DNA from: a virus
Lineage: Duplodnaviria; Caudoviricetes
Direction: 5' to 3' (one strand)
DNA length: 60,325 nt
Virus record (IMG/VR): IMGVR_UViG_3300031689_000003
Coordinates: 1 to 60,325 of that record
Numbering within the stretch: position 1 is the stretch's first letter; each line of letters starts with the position of its first letter. This document shows, piece by piece, positions 1-6,734 of this stretch. The notes beneath the pieces are model-generated. The model worked only from the letters and a program-made list of their open reading frames with translations. It ran no database searches and was not told the origin of the DNA. The position numbers and the translations under genes were made by a program.

Positions 1-819
1 AATTCAGATATCGCACAGTTAACCAAGAAAGACAAAGCTAACTTACTATCTGTCATAGATGGTTATGCAAGCCAATTCACTATCGGAATGGAAGTAGAGA
101 AATCTCAGATGTATAGAGGAGCAGTTAAGCAATATGCATTATTCGCAGGATTTGAGAGAGATTCTTCCTGCGGATATGAAGCAGTAACACATATCTTACC
201 TTTAATACCTAAAGGTGTTTGGAGGAACAAAGTGTATTCTATGATGCACGATGCAAAGAAAGTTATCGAGGATGCATATTCACCAAGTGACTATAGATGT
301 GGCGGTCACATAACTGTTGCAGTTGATGGATTAGATGGTGATGACATTCGTAAAGCAGTACGTAAAAATATGGGTGTAGTTTATGCCCTATTCAGAAAGC
401 GTTTAGGTAATAGCTATTGTAATGGTAACTTACTAATGACTGATAGCGGTAGCGGAAGATACCAAAGTGTATTAGTTAAGAGAAATGTTTTAGAGTTTAG
501 ACTTGTATCAAGGTTTCAATCTGTAAAGCAAATGATGAGAAGATATGAGTTAATCTATGAGTTACTTAATTTCTCTATCAACAATCCAAACGGAAGCCAC
601 AATGCTTTTCTTAAGAAAGTTACACCAATCATTAAATCTATGTATGGAGGTGATATGGAGAAAGTAGCTACAATCATTGACTTAGCTAAAGGATTTAGAA
701 AGTATATGATTAGCGGTAAAGTAAATCGTAAAGTAATTGATTTCGTTGACCCAATGAGAAGACTGAATGCAGATGTCTCTTACGATAGAGACTTACTAAC
801 TAACGGATATAGGGAGTAA
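1..819 (+). CDS. Putative amidoligase (COOH-NH2 ligase, glutamine-synthetase-like fold); 5'-truncated by window edge
   Basis: Frame 1 is open from base 1. Motifs FTIGMEVEK, RDSSCGYEAVT, CGGHITV and VLEFRL match the GxExE...DxS...E...CGxH...EFR pattern of phage amidoligases. Confidence 0.7.
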   Translation, partial: NSDIAQLTKKDKANLLSVIDGYASQFTIGMEVEKSQMYRGAVKQYALFAGFERDSSCGYEAVTHILPLIPKGVWRNKVYSMMHDAKKVIEDAYSPSDYRCGGHITVAVDGLDGDDIRKAVRKNMGVVYALFRKRLGNSYCNGNLLMTDSGSGRYQSVLVKRNVLEFRLVSRFQSVKQMMRRYELIYELLNFSINNPNGSHNAFLKKVTPIIKSMYGGDMEKVATIIDLAKGFRKYMISGKVNRKVIDFVDPMRRLNADVSYDRDLLTNGYRE

Positions 820-827
820 TAATGAGT

Positions 828-853
828 AGAGCACGCATACGGTAGCGTGCTCT
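828..853 (+). other. Stem-loop immediately 5' of hammerhead 1
   Basis: AGAGCACGC-ATACGGTA-GCGTGCTCT, perfect 9-bp stem just after the stop codon at 819. Confidence 0.75.
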
Positions 854-906
854 TTCTGTCTACAGGTGATTGCCTGTACTGATGATTCATAAAGATGAAA
901 CAGAAA
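853..906 (+). ncRNA. Type III hammerhead ribozyme 1 (predicted cleavage after GUC, C860)
   Basis: Stem III TTTCTGT(853-859)/ACAGAAA(900-906); stem I TACAGG-TGATTG-CCTGTA; core CTGATGA 879-885; short stem II TC-ATAAA-GA; GAAA 897-900. Confidence 0.88.
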
Positions 907-922
907 CTTAAAACCTTTAATT

Positions 923-1135
923 ATGAAATTAGTATCAAATTGTGCGAAGTTAGCAATAGTGCTTTACGGAACTATGCTATCATTTATGGTAACAAGATTA
1001 CTGTACGAACTAAGTAATGAAGTAGAGTCTTTAACAGACTTATTCTTCTTTACTACCATAACCTTATTCCTTGGTTTATTAATAGGATGTGCAAGTACGT
1101 TAATCTATAAAGAAGTATCTAAAATCAAAAATTAA
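923..1135 (+). CDS. Small membrane protein (2 hydrophobic segments)
   Basis: ORF track; two hydrophobic stretches; AATT-ATG start. Confidence 0.65.
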   Translation: MKLVSNCAKLAIVLYGTMLSFMVTRLLYELSNEVESLTDLFFFTTITLFLGLLIGCASTLIYKEVSKIKN

Positions 1136-1137
1136 TT

Positions 1138-1269
1138 ATGAAGAAATCATTCAAAGTATTTAGCAGATTGATGGCAATATCATTCGCCATAGTAATACTA
1201 ATAAACCTAATGTCTTGCGGAAGTAGCAAACAATGCAAGAAGCTACCTACCTATGGTTGGTACAAATAG
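1138..1269 (+). CDS. Tiny lipoprotein 1 (43 aa, not in ORF track)
   Basis: MKKSFKVFSRLMAISFAIVILINLMSCGSSKQCKKLPTYGWYK: basic N-terminus, hydrophobic core, LMS-C lipobox. Confidence 0.75.
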   Translation: MKKSFKVFSRLMAISFAIVILINLMSCGSSKQCKKLPTYGWYK

Positions 1270-1378
1270 GCTCAAATCCGACATACTCAGCTATCAAGAG
1301 GTAGCTGAAAGTGTCTTAGGAGTCGTTTGTGAAAGCCGATTTTCGGCAAAATCACTAATAATCACTAATAACAAGCAA

Positions 1379-1543
1379 ATGGAGCAACAAAGCTATTATA
1401 AGGTAAGATACGCAGGAAAACTAATTAAGGTTGTAACTGCCCATTCAAAATGGCAAGCTATCGATATTATTTACGAGAAGAACAAATCGCAATTCCCTTG
1501 GATAATAAGACAAAAATTAACCGCAGTAAAATATAAAAACTAA
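1379..1543 (+). CDS. Hypothetical protein (probable start MEQQSYY)
   Basis: 3' part of ORF 1253..1543; the upstream part overlaps lipoprotein 1 and a structured spacer. Confidence 0.55.
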   Translation: MEQQSYYKVRYAGKLIKVVTAHSKWQAIDIIYEKNKSQFPWIIRQKLTAVKYKN

Positions 1544-1546
1544 ATT

Positions 1547-1687
1547 ATGAAGAAATCATTAAACCAAGAACAAGCAATGTTAAGAGCAGCAGCAATAGTA
1601 TTTGCTATGATAATGTTAATCAGTCTATCTTCTTGTGGCAGTACATCGTGTACAACTCGAGCAGGTAACTATAATACAGTTAGATAA
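1547..1687 (+). CDS. Tiny lipoprotein 2 (46 aa, not in ORF track), paralog of 1138..1269
   Basis: MKKSLNQEQAMLRAAAIVFAMIMLISLSSCGSTSCTTRAGNYNTVR: LSS-C lipobox; TAATG overlap with next gene. Confidence 0.75.
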   Translation: MKKSLNQEQAMLRAAAIVFAMIMLISLSSCGSTSCTTRAGNYNTVR

Positions 1688-1881
1688 TGGCAGATGCATA
1701 TACAGAGCAAGCGATTTATAATTATTTTAAAACGCAAACGGAAATGGAATGTGACAAAGTTTATGATACGGGAGCACACGAGATAGTAATATTTATAAAC
1801 GAGCAGGAGGTTATAGAATGCCTAAACAATGCCTGCGATTACAATATTTATATGCCAATAGAAACTACTAATATTAATTAA
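1687..1881 (+). CDS. Small acidic hypothetical protein
   Basis: ORF track; translationally coupled to upstream gene. Confidence 0.6.
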   Translation: MADAYTEQAIYNYFKTQTEMECDKVYDTGAHEIVIFINEQEVIECLNNACDYNIYMPIETTNIN

Positions 1882-1891
1882 AATCAAATCA

Positions 1892-2128
1892 ATGGATTCA
1901 AAATTTAAGTGGACAGAAATTAAAGTACAACGTTATGCACAATTCTATTGCAACAATAGTAAGTGGTTCAGTTACAATGCAACTGAGAAATCAACACAAA
2001 CTATGGAAGCATTCAAGGAAGCATACAAGTTCAGAGAAGTTTACAATGTCAATACAGATGTAAGCGAAGCATTAAAAACCCTAAAGAGAGAAGGGTATAA
2101 AGTATCTCTCTCACTTTCAGAAAGGTAG
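1892..2128 (+). CDS. Hypothetical protein
   Basis: ORF track; AAATCAAATCA-ATG leader like neighbouring genes. Confidence 0.6.
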   Translation: MDSKFKWTEIKVQRYAQFYCNNSKWFSYNATEKSTQTMEAFKEAYKFREVYNVNTDVSEALKTLKREGYKVSLSLSER

Positions 2129-2135
2129 ATGGCAG

Positions 2136-2167
2136 TTAGGCTATGTCTAAATTTTGTCGTATCTTTG
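2136..2167 (+). promoter_or_regulatory. Early promoter, Bacteroidota -7 box TATCTTTG with upstream TTAGG-N3-TGTCTAAATT
   Basis: TAnnTTTG at 2160-2167; same upstream motif and spacing recur at 4042-4073. Confidence 0.7.
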
Positions 2168-2188
2168 TATAAATCAAATCAGAGGTCT

Positions 2189-2204
2189 GTGTCTTCAAAG
2201 ACAC
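2189..2204. repeat. 16-bp dyad motif copy 1
   Basis: GTGTCTTCAAAGACAC between the promoter and the ATG at 2226. Confidence 0.9.
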
Positions 2205-2225
2205 TCCTCACAAATCAAATCAATT

Positions 2226-3317
2226 ATGTGTATTATTATTATCAAACAAAAAGGTAATGTGATGTCAAGAGAAATCGCAAAGACATCATCAAAAATTAAT
2301 CCTCACGGATTAGGAATCGTTTGGCTCGATACGTTCGAGGTAACTTATCACGAATCCAAAGAGTATCAGCAGTTACTTACTACACGTCCGTTTATCGCAC
2401 ACTTTAGATATGCTACAGTAGGTAAGGTAGGATTATCAAACACGCATCCATTTGTATGCGGTAAGAACAAGGATGAACTATTAATGCAGAATGGAACTAT
2501 CAGAGGGATAGGAACAGATGAGATGTGCGACAGTAAAGTATTAGCTATCTCACTTGGAAACATTAAGAGGCAGGATTGGAAGAGAGAACTTGAGCAATAT
2601 GACTCAAGGTTTTGTAGTGTAAACTTACGCACACGTTCATTCCAAATTTATAATCGTAACCTATATACTTATAGAGATGGCGTTTGGTATTCTAAAACAA
2701 ATGTATTGCAGGACAATTTGGTTGCGGTGTACGGAACTCTTAAGAAAGGTTTTGGTAACTATAATGCATACCTTACAAACTCAAAGCATTTAGGTAGCGG
2801 AGTAACAAACGAAAAGTATCCATTGGTTGTTGATGGATTACCTTACCTGCTACCACAAGCAGGTGTAGGTCACAATGTAAAGGTTGATGTATTCAAAGTA
2901 AGTGATGTAACGTTCAAGAAGTTAGACCAACTTGAAGGACATCCAAGATGGTACAAGCGAAAGCAAATAGAAATTAATATGGATGGCAAGCCAAACCTAA
3001 CTTGTTGGGTTTACTTTAATCCTAAAGTGGTTGACCCAAGAACAGAATTTGTTCAGTCATTTGAGTATAGTCCATACCAAATGCAACAAACTGTAGGAGA
3101 TGTGCAAGATGACTGCACAACTGAAACTGATGAAGCACCATTAATAAATCATTATCAATATGACTTTGGTTGGGATGACAATGACTTTCCAACTAATGAT
3201 ACACCAACGTGTATTGATTGTTACAATGATGTAGAGCACGATGGATTTAGTAATTATTATTGTTCCTCTTGTGGTGGGTGGTTCAAGGAAGACGAGGTCT
3301 TGAAGTATCAAGAGTAG
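2226..3317 (+). CDS. Class II glutamine amidotransferase fused to gamma-glutamylcyclotransferase (AIG2-like) and a C-terminal Cys4 Zn ribbon
   Basis: True start is MCIII (Cys2 Ntn nucleophile). GATase-II motifs: HFRYAT, NTHPF, QNG, CDS. GGCT motifs: VAVYGTLKKG.N, LDQLEGHP.WY.R. C-terminus has CIDC...CSSC. Confidence 0.85.
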   Translation: MCIIIIKQKGNVMSREIAKTSSKINPHGLGIVWLDTFEVTYHESKEYQQLLTTRPFIAHFRYATVGKVGLSNTHPFVCGKNKDELLMQNGTIRGIGTDEMCDSKVLAISLGNIKRQDWKRELEQYDSRFCSVNLRTRSFQIYNRNLYTYRDGVWYSKTNVLQDNLVAVYGTLKKGFGNYNAYLTNSKHLGSGVTNEKYPLVVDGLPYLLPQAGVGHNVKVDVFKVSDVTFKKLDQLEGHPRWYKRKQIEINMDGKPNLTCWVYFNPKVVDPRTEFVQSFEYSPYQMQQTVGDVQDDCTTETDEAPLINHYQYDFGWDDNDFPTNDTPTCIDCYNDVEHDGFSNYYCSSCGGWFKEDEVLKYQE

Positions 3318-3329
3318 TCTAAAAGGGTA

Positions 3330-3345
3330 GTGTCTTCAAGGACAC
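3330..3345. repeat. 16-bp dyad motif copy 2, within extended hairpin 3324-3351 preceding hammerhead 2
   Basis: GTGTCTTCAAGGACAC; AGGGTAGTGTC-TTCAAG-GACACTATCCT. Confidence 0.9.
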
Positions 3346-3350
3346 TATCC

Positions 3351-3401
3351 TCCGTATCAAGATGTTTGTCTTGGCTGATGATTCCATAAGGATGAAACGG
3401 A
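3351..3401 (+). ncRNA. Type III hammerhead ribozyme 2 (predicted cleavage after GUA, A3356)
   Basis: Stem III TCCGT(3351-3355)/ACGGA(3397-3401); stem I TCAAGA-TGTTTG-TCTTGG; CTGATGA 3375-3381; stem II TCC-ATAA-GGA; GAAA 3394-3397. Confidence 0.88.
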
Positions 3402-3418
3402 AACTTAAATTAAATTAT

Positions 3419-3637
3419 ATGTCACCAAAAATTAAAGAAGCTATAGCAGTTTTAAACAAGGCAGGATATGTAACATCATTATGGCACATTAGCGATGTAC
3501 AGAACAACTACGTATGCACCATATCTGAGGCAGAACTTATCTTGGAAGAGGTACTATCGTGCGAACACACAACACAAATTATTAACGAAGCTATCGATTA
3601 CGAAGCTGAACAAAAAGAATTAGAATGTCAAGAGTAA
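3419..3637 (+). CDS. Hypothetical protein (probable start MSPKIK)
   Basis: 3' part of ORF 3362..3637; the upstream part is the ribozyme. Confidence 0.6.
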   Translation: MSPKIKEAIAVLNKAGYVTSLWHISDVQNNYVCTISEAELILEEVLSCEHTTQIINEAIDYEAEQKELECQE

Positions 3638-3771
3638 CTAAGAGTACAGAGATTATTCAAATGTTGGAAAAAACTATCAACAGAGGAGGGGATGAAAAAA
3701 CAATCATCACACTCAAAAGAAAATTAAAAGAACTTAAAAAAAATCATACAGATGGCAATAGTACAGAATGA
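3625..3771 (+). CDS. Small hypothetical protein (48 aa, MSRVTKSTEII...)
   Basis: Manual translation; fills the gap and overlaps both neighbours. Confidence 0.45.
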   Translation: MSRVTKSTEIIQMLEKTINRGGDEKTIITLKRKLKELKKNHTDGNSTE

Positions 3772-4045
3772 ATTAATAACGTTAAAAGATGGGTTTAATT
3801 GGTACAAACTGAATGAAGTTCAAGCCTACAAATGTTGGAATGAATCAGTATTTGAAATATACGCAGTTTTTGACGATGAGACTGAGAGTTTATTAGAATC
3901 GTTAGAGGAAATTAAAGAAGCATTTGAGCAAAATACTGCCGTTTGTATGGCAGTAGGTCAGGCTAAACCTAAACCTTGGTTTCATCAGGCTAAAAAAACC
4001 CTGATATCAGGACATTGGTACGTAAAGGTATCAGACATAAATTAG
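3752..4045 (+). CDS. Hypothetical protein
   Basis: ORF track. Confidence 0.6.
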   Translation: MAIVQNELITLKDGFNWYKLNEVQAYKCWNESVFEIYAVFDDETESLLESLEEIKEAFEQNTAVCMAVGQAKPKPWFHQAKKTLISGHWYVKVSDIN

Positions 4046-4073
4046 GTTTTGTCTAAATTAAGTGTTACTTTTG
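4042..4073 (+). promoter_or_regulatory. Early promoter, -7 box TACTTTTG with TTAGG-N3-TGTCTAAATT
   Basis: Same architecture as 2136-2167. Confidence 0.7.
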
Positions 4074-4100
4074 TTTAATCAATCAGTAAAATCAAATCAA

Positions 4101-4301
4101 ATGAGCGAATACACACCACCAAAAGACGTAAAAGAAATTCAGAACGCAAGTTTAGAGCGTATCAACGAAATTGTTATGGACTCTAATTGGTCGAATCCAC
4201 TAACAATGCGTGCTTGTTTTGACAGAGCACTTGAGTTAGGATACGATGGAGGATTTCCAATATCTTTATATTACAACCTTAAACGAAACATTAAACTTTA
4301 A
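4101..4301 (+). CDS. Hypothetical protein (probable start MSEYT)
   Basis: ATG after AAATCAAATCAA leader, downstream of the promoter. Confidence 0.6.
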   Translation: MSEYTPPKDVKEIQNASLERINEIVMDSNWSNPLTMRACFDRALELGYDGGFPISLYYNLKRNIKL

Positions 4302-4311
4302 ATTAAATCAA

Positions 4312-4554
4312 ATGGCAAAGCTATTACAAGCAGACGGTATAACAAGAGTAGGAGCAGACGTGAGCACTCTTGAGAGTATGCAAAAATTAGTAGGAGGATA
4401 CATAGAAATGGTTCACCTAAATGACGGACAAGTACTTGTCTGTAACGAGGAAGGTTTATTATATGGTCTTCCATTTAATATTAATGCGTCAGAATTAGCA
4501 GGCCTACAAATTGTAGGTGATGCTATTTTATGTGACCGAAACGAAATAAGATAA
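4312..4554 (+). CDS. DUF3846-like protein
   Basis: TLESMQKLVGGYIEMV...LVCNEEG...LPFN...IVGDAI pattern. Confidence 0.7.
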   Translation: MAKLLQADGITRVGADVSTLESMQKLVGGYIEMVHLNDGQVLVCNEEGLLYGLPFNINASELAGLQIVGDAILCDRNEIR

Positions 4555-4557
4555 ACT

Positions 4558-4905
4558 ATGAAACATTTTTTAAGAGACGAAATTATTGCTCAGAAATTTG
4601 GCAATCCAAACAACACCAAATATATCCAACGCCTACAACAGATGTTGGATATGCCTGCATATAGTCAGAAAAATTTTGCAGACACGGGTATGATAACAAC
4701 AAAGAAAGATTTTTTATCTTCTTATGCAACACCACCTACACTACATAAAACGTGTACAGATGTTATAAAGTACATAGGAGGTCACTACATTCAGATGCTT
4801 AGCAGCGGTAAATATTTGCTGAAGTATAATGAAGAGAGAGGTAAGAACTCAAAGGACTTAGATAAACTTGAAGCAATCATTTTTAAAACAATAAACAATG
4901 AGTAA
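4558..4905 (+). CDS. Hypothetical protein
   Basis: ORF track. Confidence 0.6.
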   Translation: MKHFLRDEIIAQKFGNPNNTKYIQRLQQMLDMPAYSQKNFADTGMITTKKDFLSSYATPPTLHKTCTDVIKYIGGHYIQMLSSGKYLLKYNEERGKNSKDLDKLEAIIFKTINNE

Positions 4906-5263
4906 AGAAAAAATCATTTCAGTTACAGACGAGGTTCGTGATATGCTAATACAAAAAAATGAGGCTTATGGGAACTCAGCACTTAAACCGATAAACGTTT
5001 TTAGTAAAGGTAATTCCGCTGAATCATTATGTGCAAGAATAGATGATAAGTTAGCAAGAATACAAAACGTAGGTATAACAGACGAGACAGAAGATACTTT
5101 GTTTGACTTAGCAGGTTACTTAATACTACTTATCATAGCATTAAAAACAGAAGAACAAAATCACAATGAAGAAGTGGTAGGACTAACTGACCATTATTTT
5201 AAATTTCACAGTAACGATACAATAAGAAAAAGAAATGCGGAAAACGAATTCGGACAATCATAG
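4898..5263 (+). CDS. DUF1599 / nucleotide-modification-associated (all-alpha NTP pyrophosphohydrolase-like) protein
   Basis: KNEAYGNS...RIDDKLARI...EDTLFDLAGYLIL pattern. Confidence 0.7.
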   Translation: MSKEKIISVTDEVRDMLIQKNEAYGNSALKPINVFSKGNSAESLCARIDDKLARIQNVGITDETEDTLFDLAGYLILLIIALKTEEQNHNEEVVGLTDHYFKFHSNDTIRKRNAENEFGQS

Positions 5264-5387
5264 GACAGACTCTTCAACAAGAGCAAGGGTGTCTTCAAAG
5301 ACACTAAATTGCAACAAGCTATTAACAGAACTATTTGAATCATTTGGCGAGCAATATCAGACCAAATTAAATAAAGAATTAAAATGA
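5235..5387 (+). CDS. Small hypothetical protein (50 aa, MRKTNSDN...)
   Basis: Manual translation; ATGA overlap with next gene. Confidence 0.45.
   Translation: MRKTNSDNHRTDSSTRARVSSKTLNCNKLLTELFESFGEQYQTKLNKELK
5289..5304. repeat. 16-bp dyad motif copy 3
   Basis: GTGTCTTCAAAGACAC. Confidence 0.9.
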
Positions 5388-5686
5388 AATTAGATATTTT
5401 TAATAAGTACGTAGACGAGGTGTGTAACCTTTTCAACATAGACGAAGAGACATTATTTATAAAATCAAAACGAAGAGATATAGTGGATGCAAGACATCTA
5501 CTATATTATTTGTGTTATACAAGACCAATGAGAATAGTTTATATACAAGAGTATATGGCAGACAGAGGTTACACAATCAATCACTCCTCTGTAATCCACG
5601 GTATCTCTATTGTCGGAAAGAAACTCGACAATGATACGGACTACGTGAAGAGCGTAAAAGACATACAGAAATGGCACTTAGTTTAG
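5384..5686 (+). CDS. DnaA C-terminal (domain IV)-like HTH protein 1
   Basis: VCNLFNI.EE.L..KSKRRDIVDARHLLYYL...NHSSVIHGI resembles the DnaA_C signature. Confidence 0.7.
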   Translation: MKLDIFNKYVDEVCNLFNIDEETLFIKSKRRDIVDARHLLYYLCYTRPMRIVYIQEYMADRGYTINHSSVIHGISIVGKKLDNDTDYVKSVKDIQKWHLV

Positions 5687-6102
5687 AAGACATATTCCAA
5701 CAAGCAAAGCAAGATGATTACTGCGTAGAATTAAACGGTAAGGGTTATCAAGCAAGGCTTGTATACGGAATCAAGATAGTAAAAGATAATGAGACAGAAG
5801 AGGTTGTAATCTATAACACCGCAGTAAACGGAAGTTATTATCATATCATCCCAACAGAGACCATTAAAACATTTACAGAAAACTCTTGGAGATACGGAGT
5901 ATATAATTTATCTTTGTCTAACTATCGCACAAAACTCGACATGATTGAGAAGAGAATCAAGACAGAAATCAACGGCAGGAAGTCGGAGAAACAAATCGCA
6001 GGACTCAAATCACATAGAGAAAGAATCCTCGGCAAGTACACCGAAGTAAATCAAAAATTAAATCAATTAAATTCTAATCACAATGAAACAAGTAAAAACT
6101 AA
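5671..6102 (+). CDS. Hypothetical protein with C-terminal coiled coil
   Basis: ORF track. Confidence 0.6.
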   Translation: MALSLEDIFQQAKQDDYCVELNGKGYQARLVYGIKIVKDNETEEVVIYNTAVNGSYYHIIPTETIKTFTENSWRYGVYNLSLSNYRTKLDMIEKRIKTEINGRKSEKQIAGLKSHRERILGKYTEVNQKLNQLNSNHNETSKN

Positions 6103-6733
6103 GGAACTGACTACCTTTGAAAAATTGTCAGCAATCAATGTCAACTCAAAAGTTGAGAAGAAAAACAATCTAACTTATTTATCTTGGGCGTGGGCTTGGA
6201 GCGAAGTAAAGAAAGCGTGTCCCGATGCAACTTATCAAATGGGTGAGACAGAATATGATGAAGCACTTGGCTTTATGTGTCACACGTCTGTATGTATTGA
6301 AGGTGAAACTTTAGAGATGTGGTTACCCGTAATGGATGGAGCGAACAAATCTATGAAGAAGGTAGGTTATAAGTACACGACTCGTTATGGAGATAAAGAA
6401 GTAGCAGCGGCTACAACTTTTGATATCAACAAAACAATGATGAGGTGTTTAGTTAAAAACTTAGCTATGTTCGGTTTAGGTATTTATATTTATGCAGGAG
6501 AAGATATGCCTGCATCTGATGAAGTTGTAATGGTAACTGTTCCTCCCGTTGCAGTAGCAGTAGGTAAGAAATTATCTCTTAAGAAAGGTGATGGAGCATA
6601 TGCTAAAGTAATGGCCTATGCTAAAGAAAATAAAGCACAAGGAGCAAAGAGGTTAGTTGATATGGTTGCACTTAAGTATGCGATGACTAACGTTATTAAG
6701 ACTGAAATAACTAATATTGTAAATTCTAAATAA
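6083..6733 (+). CDS. sak: Sak (Rad52-like, DUF1071) single-strand annealing protein
   Basis: VEKKNNLTYLSWAWAW...LPVMD...INKTMMRCLVKNLAMFGLGIYIYAGED. Confidence 0.88.
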   Translation: MKQVKTKELTTFEKLSAINVNSKVEKKNNLTYLSWAWAWSEVKKACPDATYQMGETEYDEALGFMCHTSVCIEGETLEMWLPVMDGANKSMKKVGYKYTTRYGDKEVAAATTFDINKTMMRCLVKNLAMFGLGIYIYAGEDMPASDEVVMVTVPPVAVAVGKKLSLKKGDGAYAKVMAYAKENKAQGAKRLVDMVALKYAMTNVIKTEITNIVNSK

Positions 6734-6734
6734 T

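Noticed and set aside
1292-1350. SAM-I riboswitch (TATCAAGAG...GGCAA resemblance)
   Set aside because: ATCAAGAG is sequestered in a local hairpin; I could not build P1-P4 or the kink-turn; no Met/SAM gene downstream
2154-2225. N-terminal extension of the GATase given in the ORF track
   Set aside because: Ntn amidotransferases need Cys at position 2 (MCIII at 2226); the extension covers the promoter and dyad
3128-3134. CTGATGA inside the GATase-GGCT CDS
   Set aside because: No flanking stems or correctly placed GAAA; ordinary coding sequence (TDE)
3362-3418. N-terminal part of ORF 3362..3637
   Set aside because: Coincides with hammerhead 2; a better A/T-rich start exists at 3419
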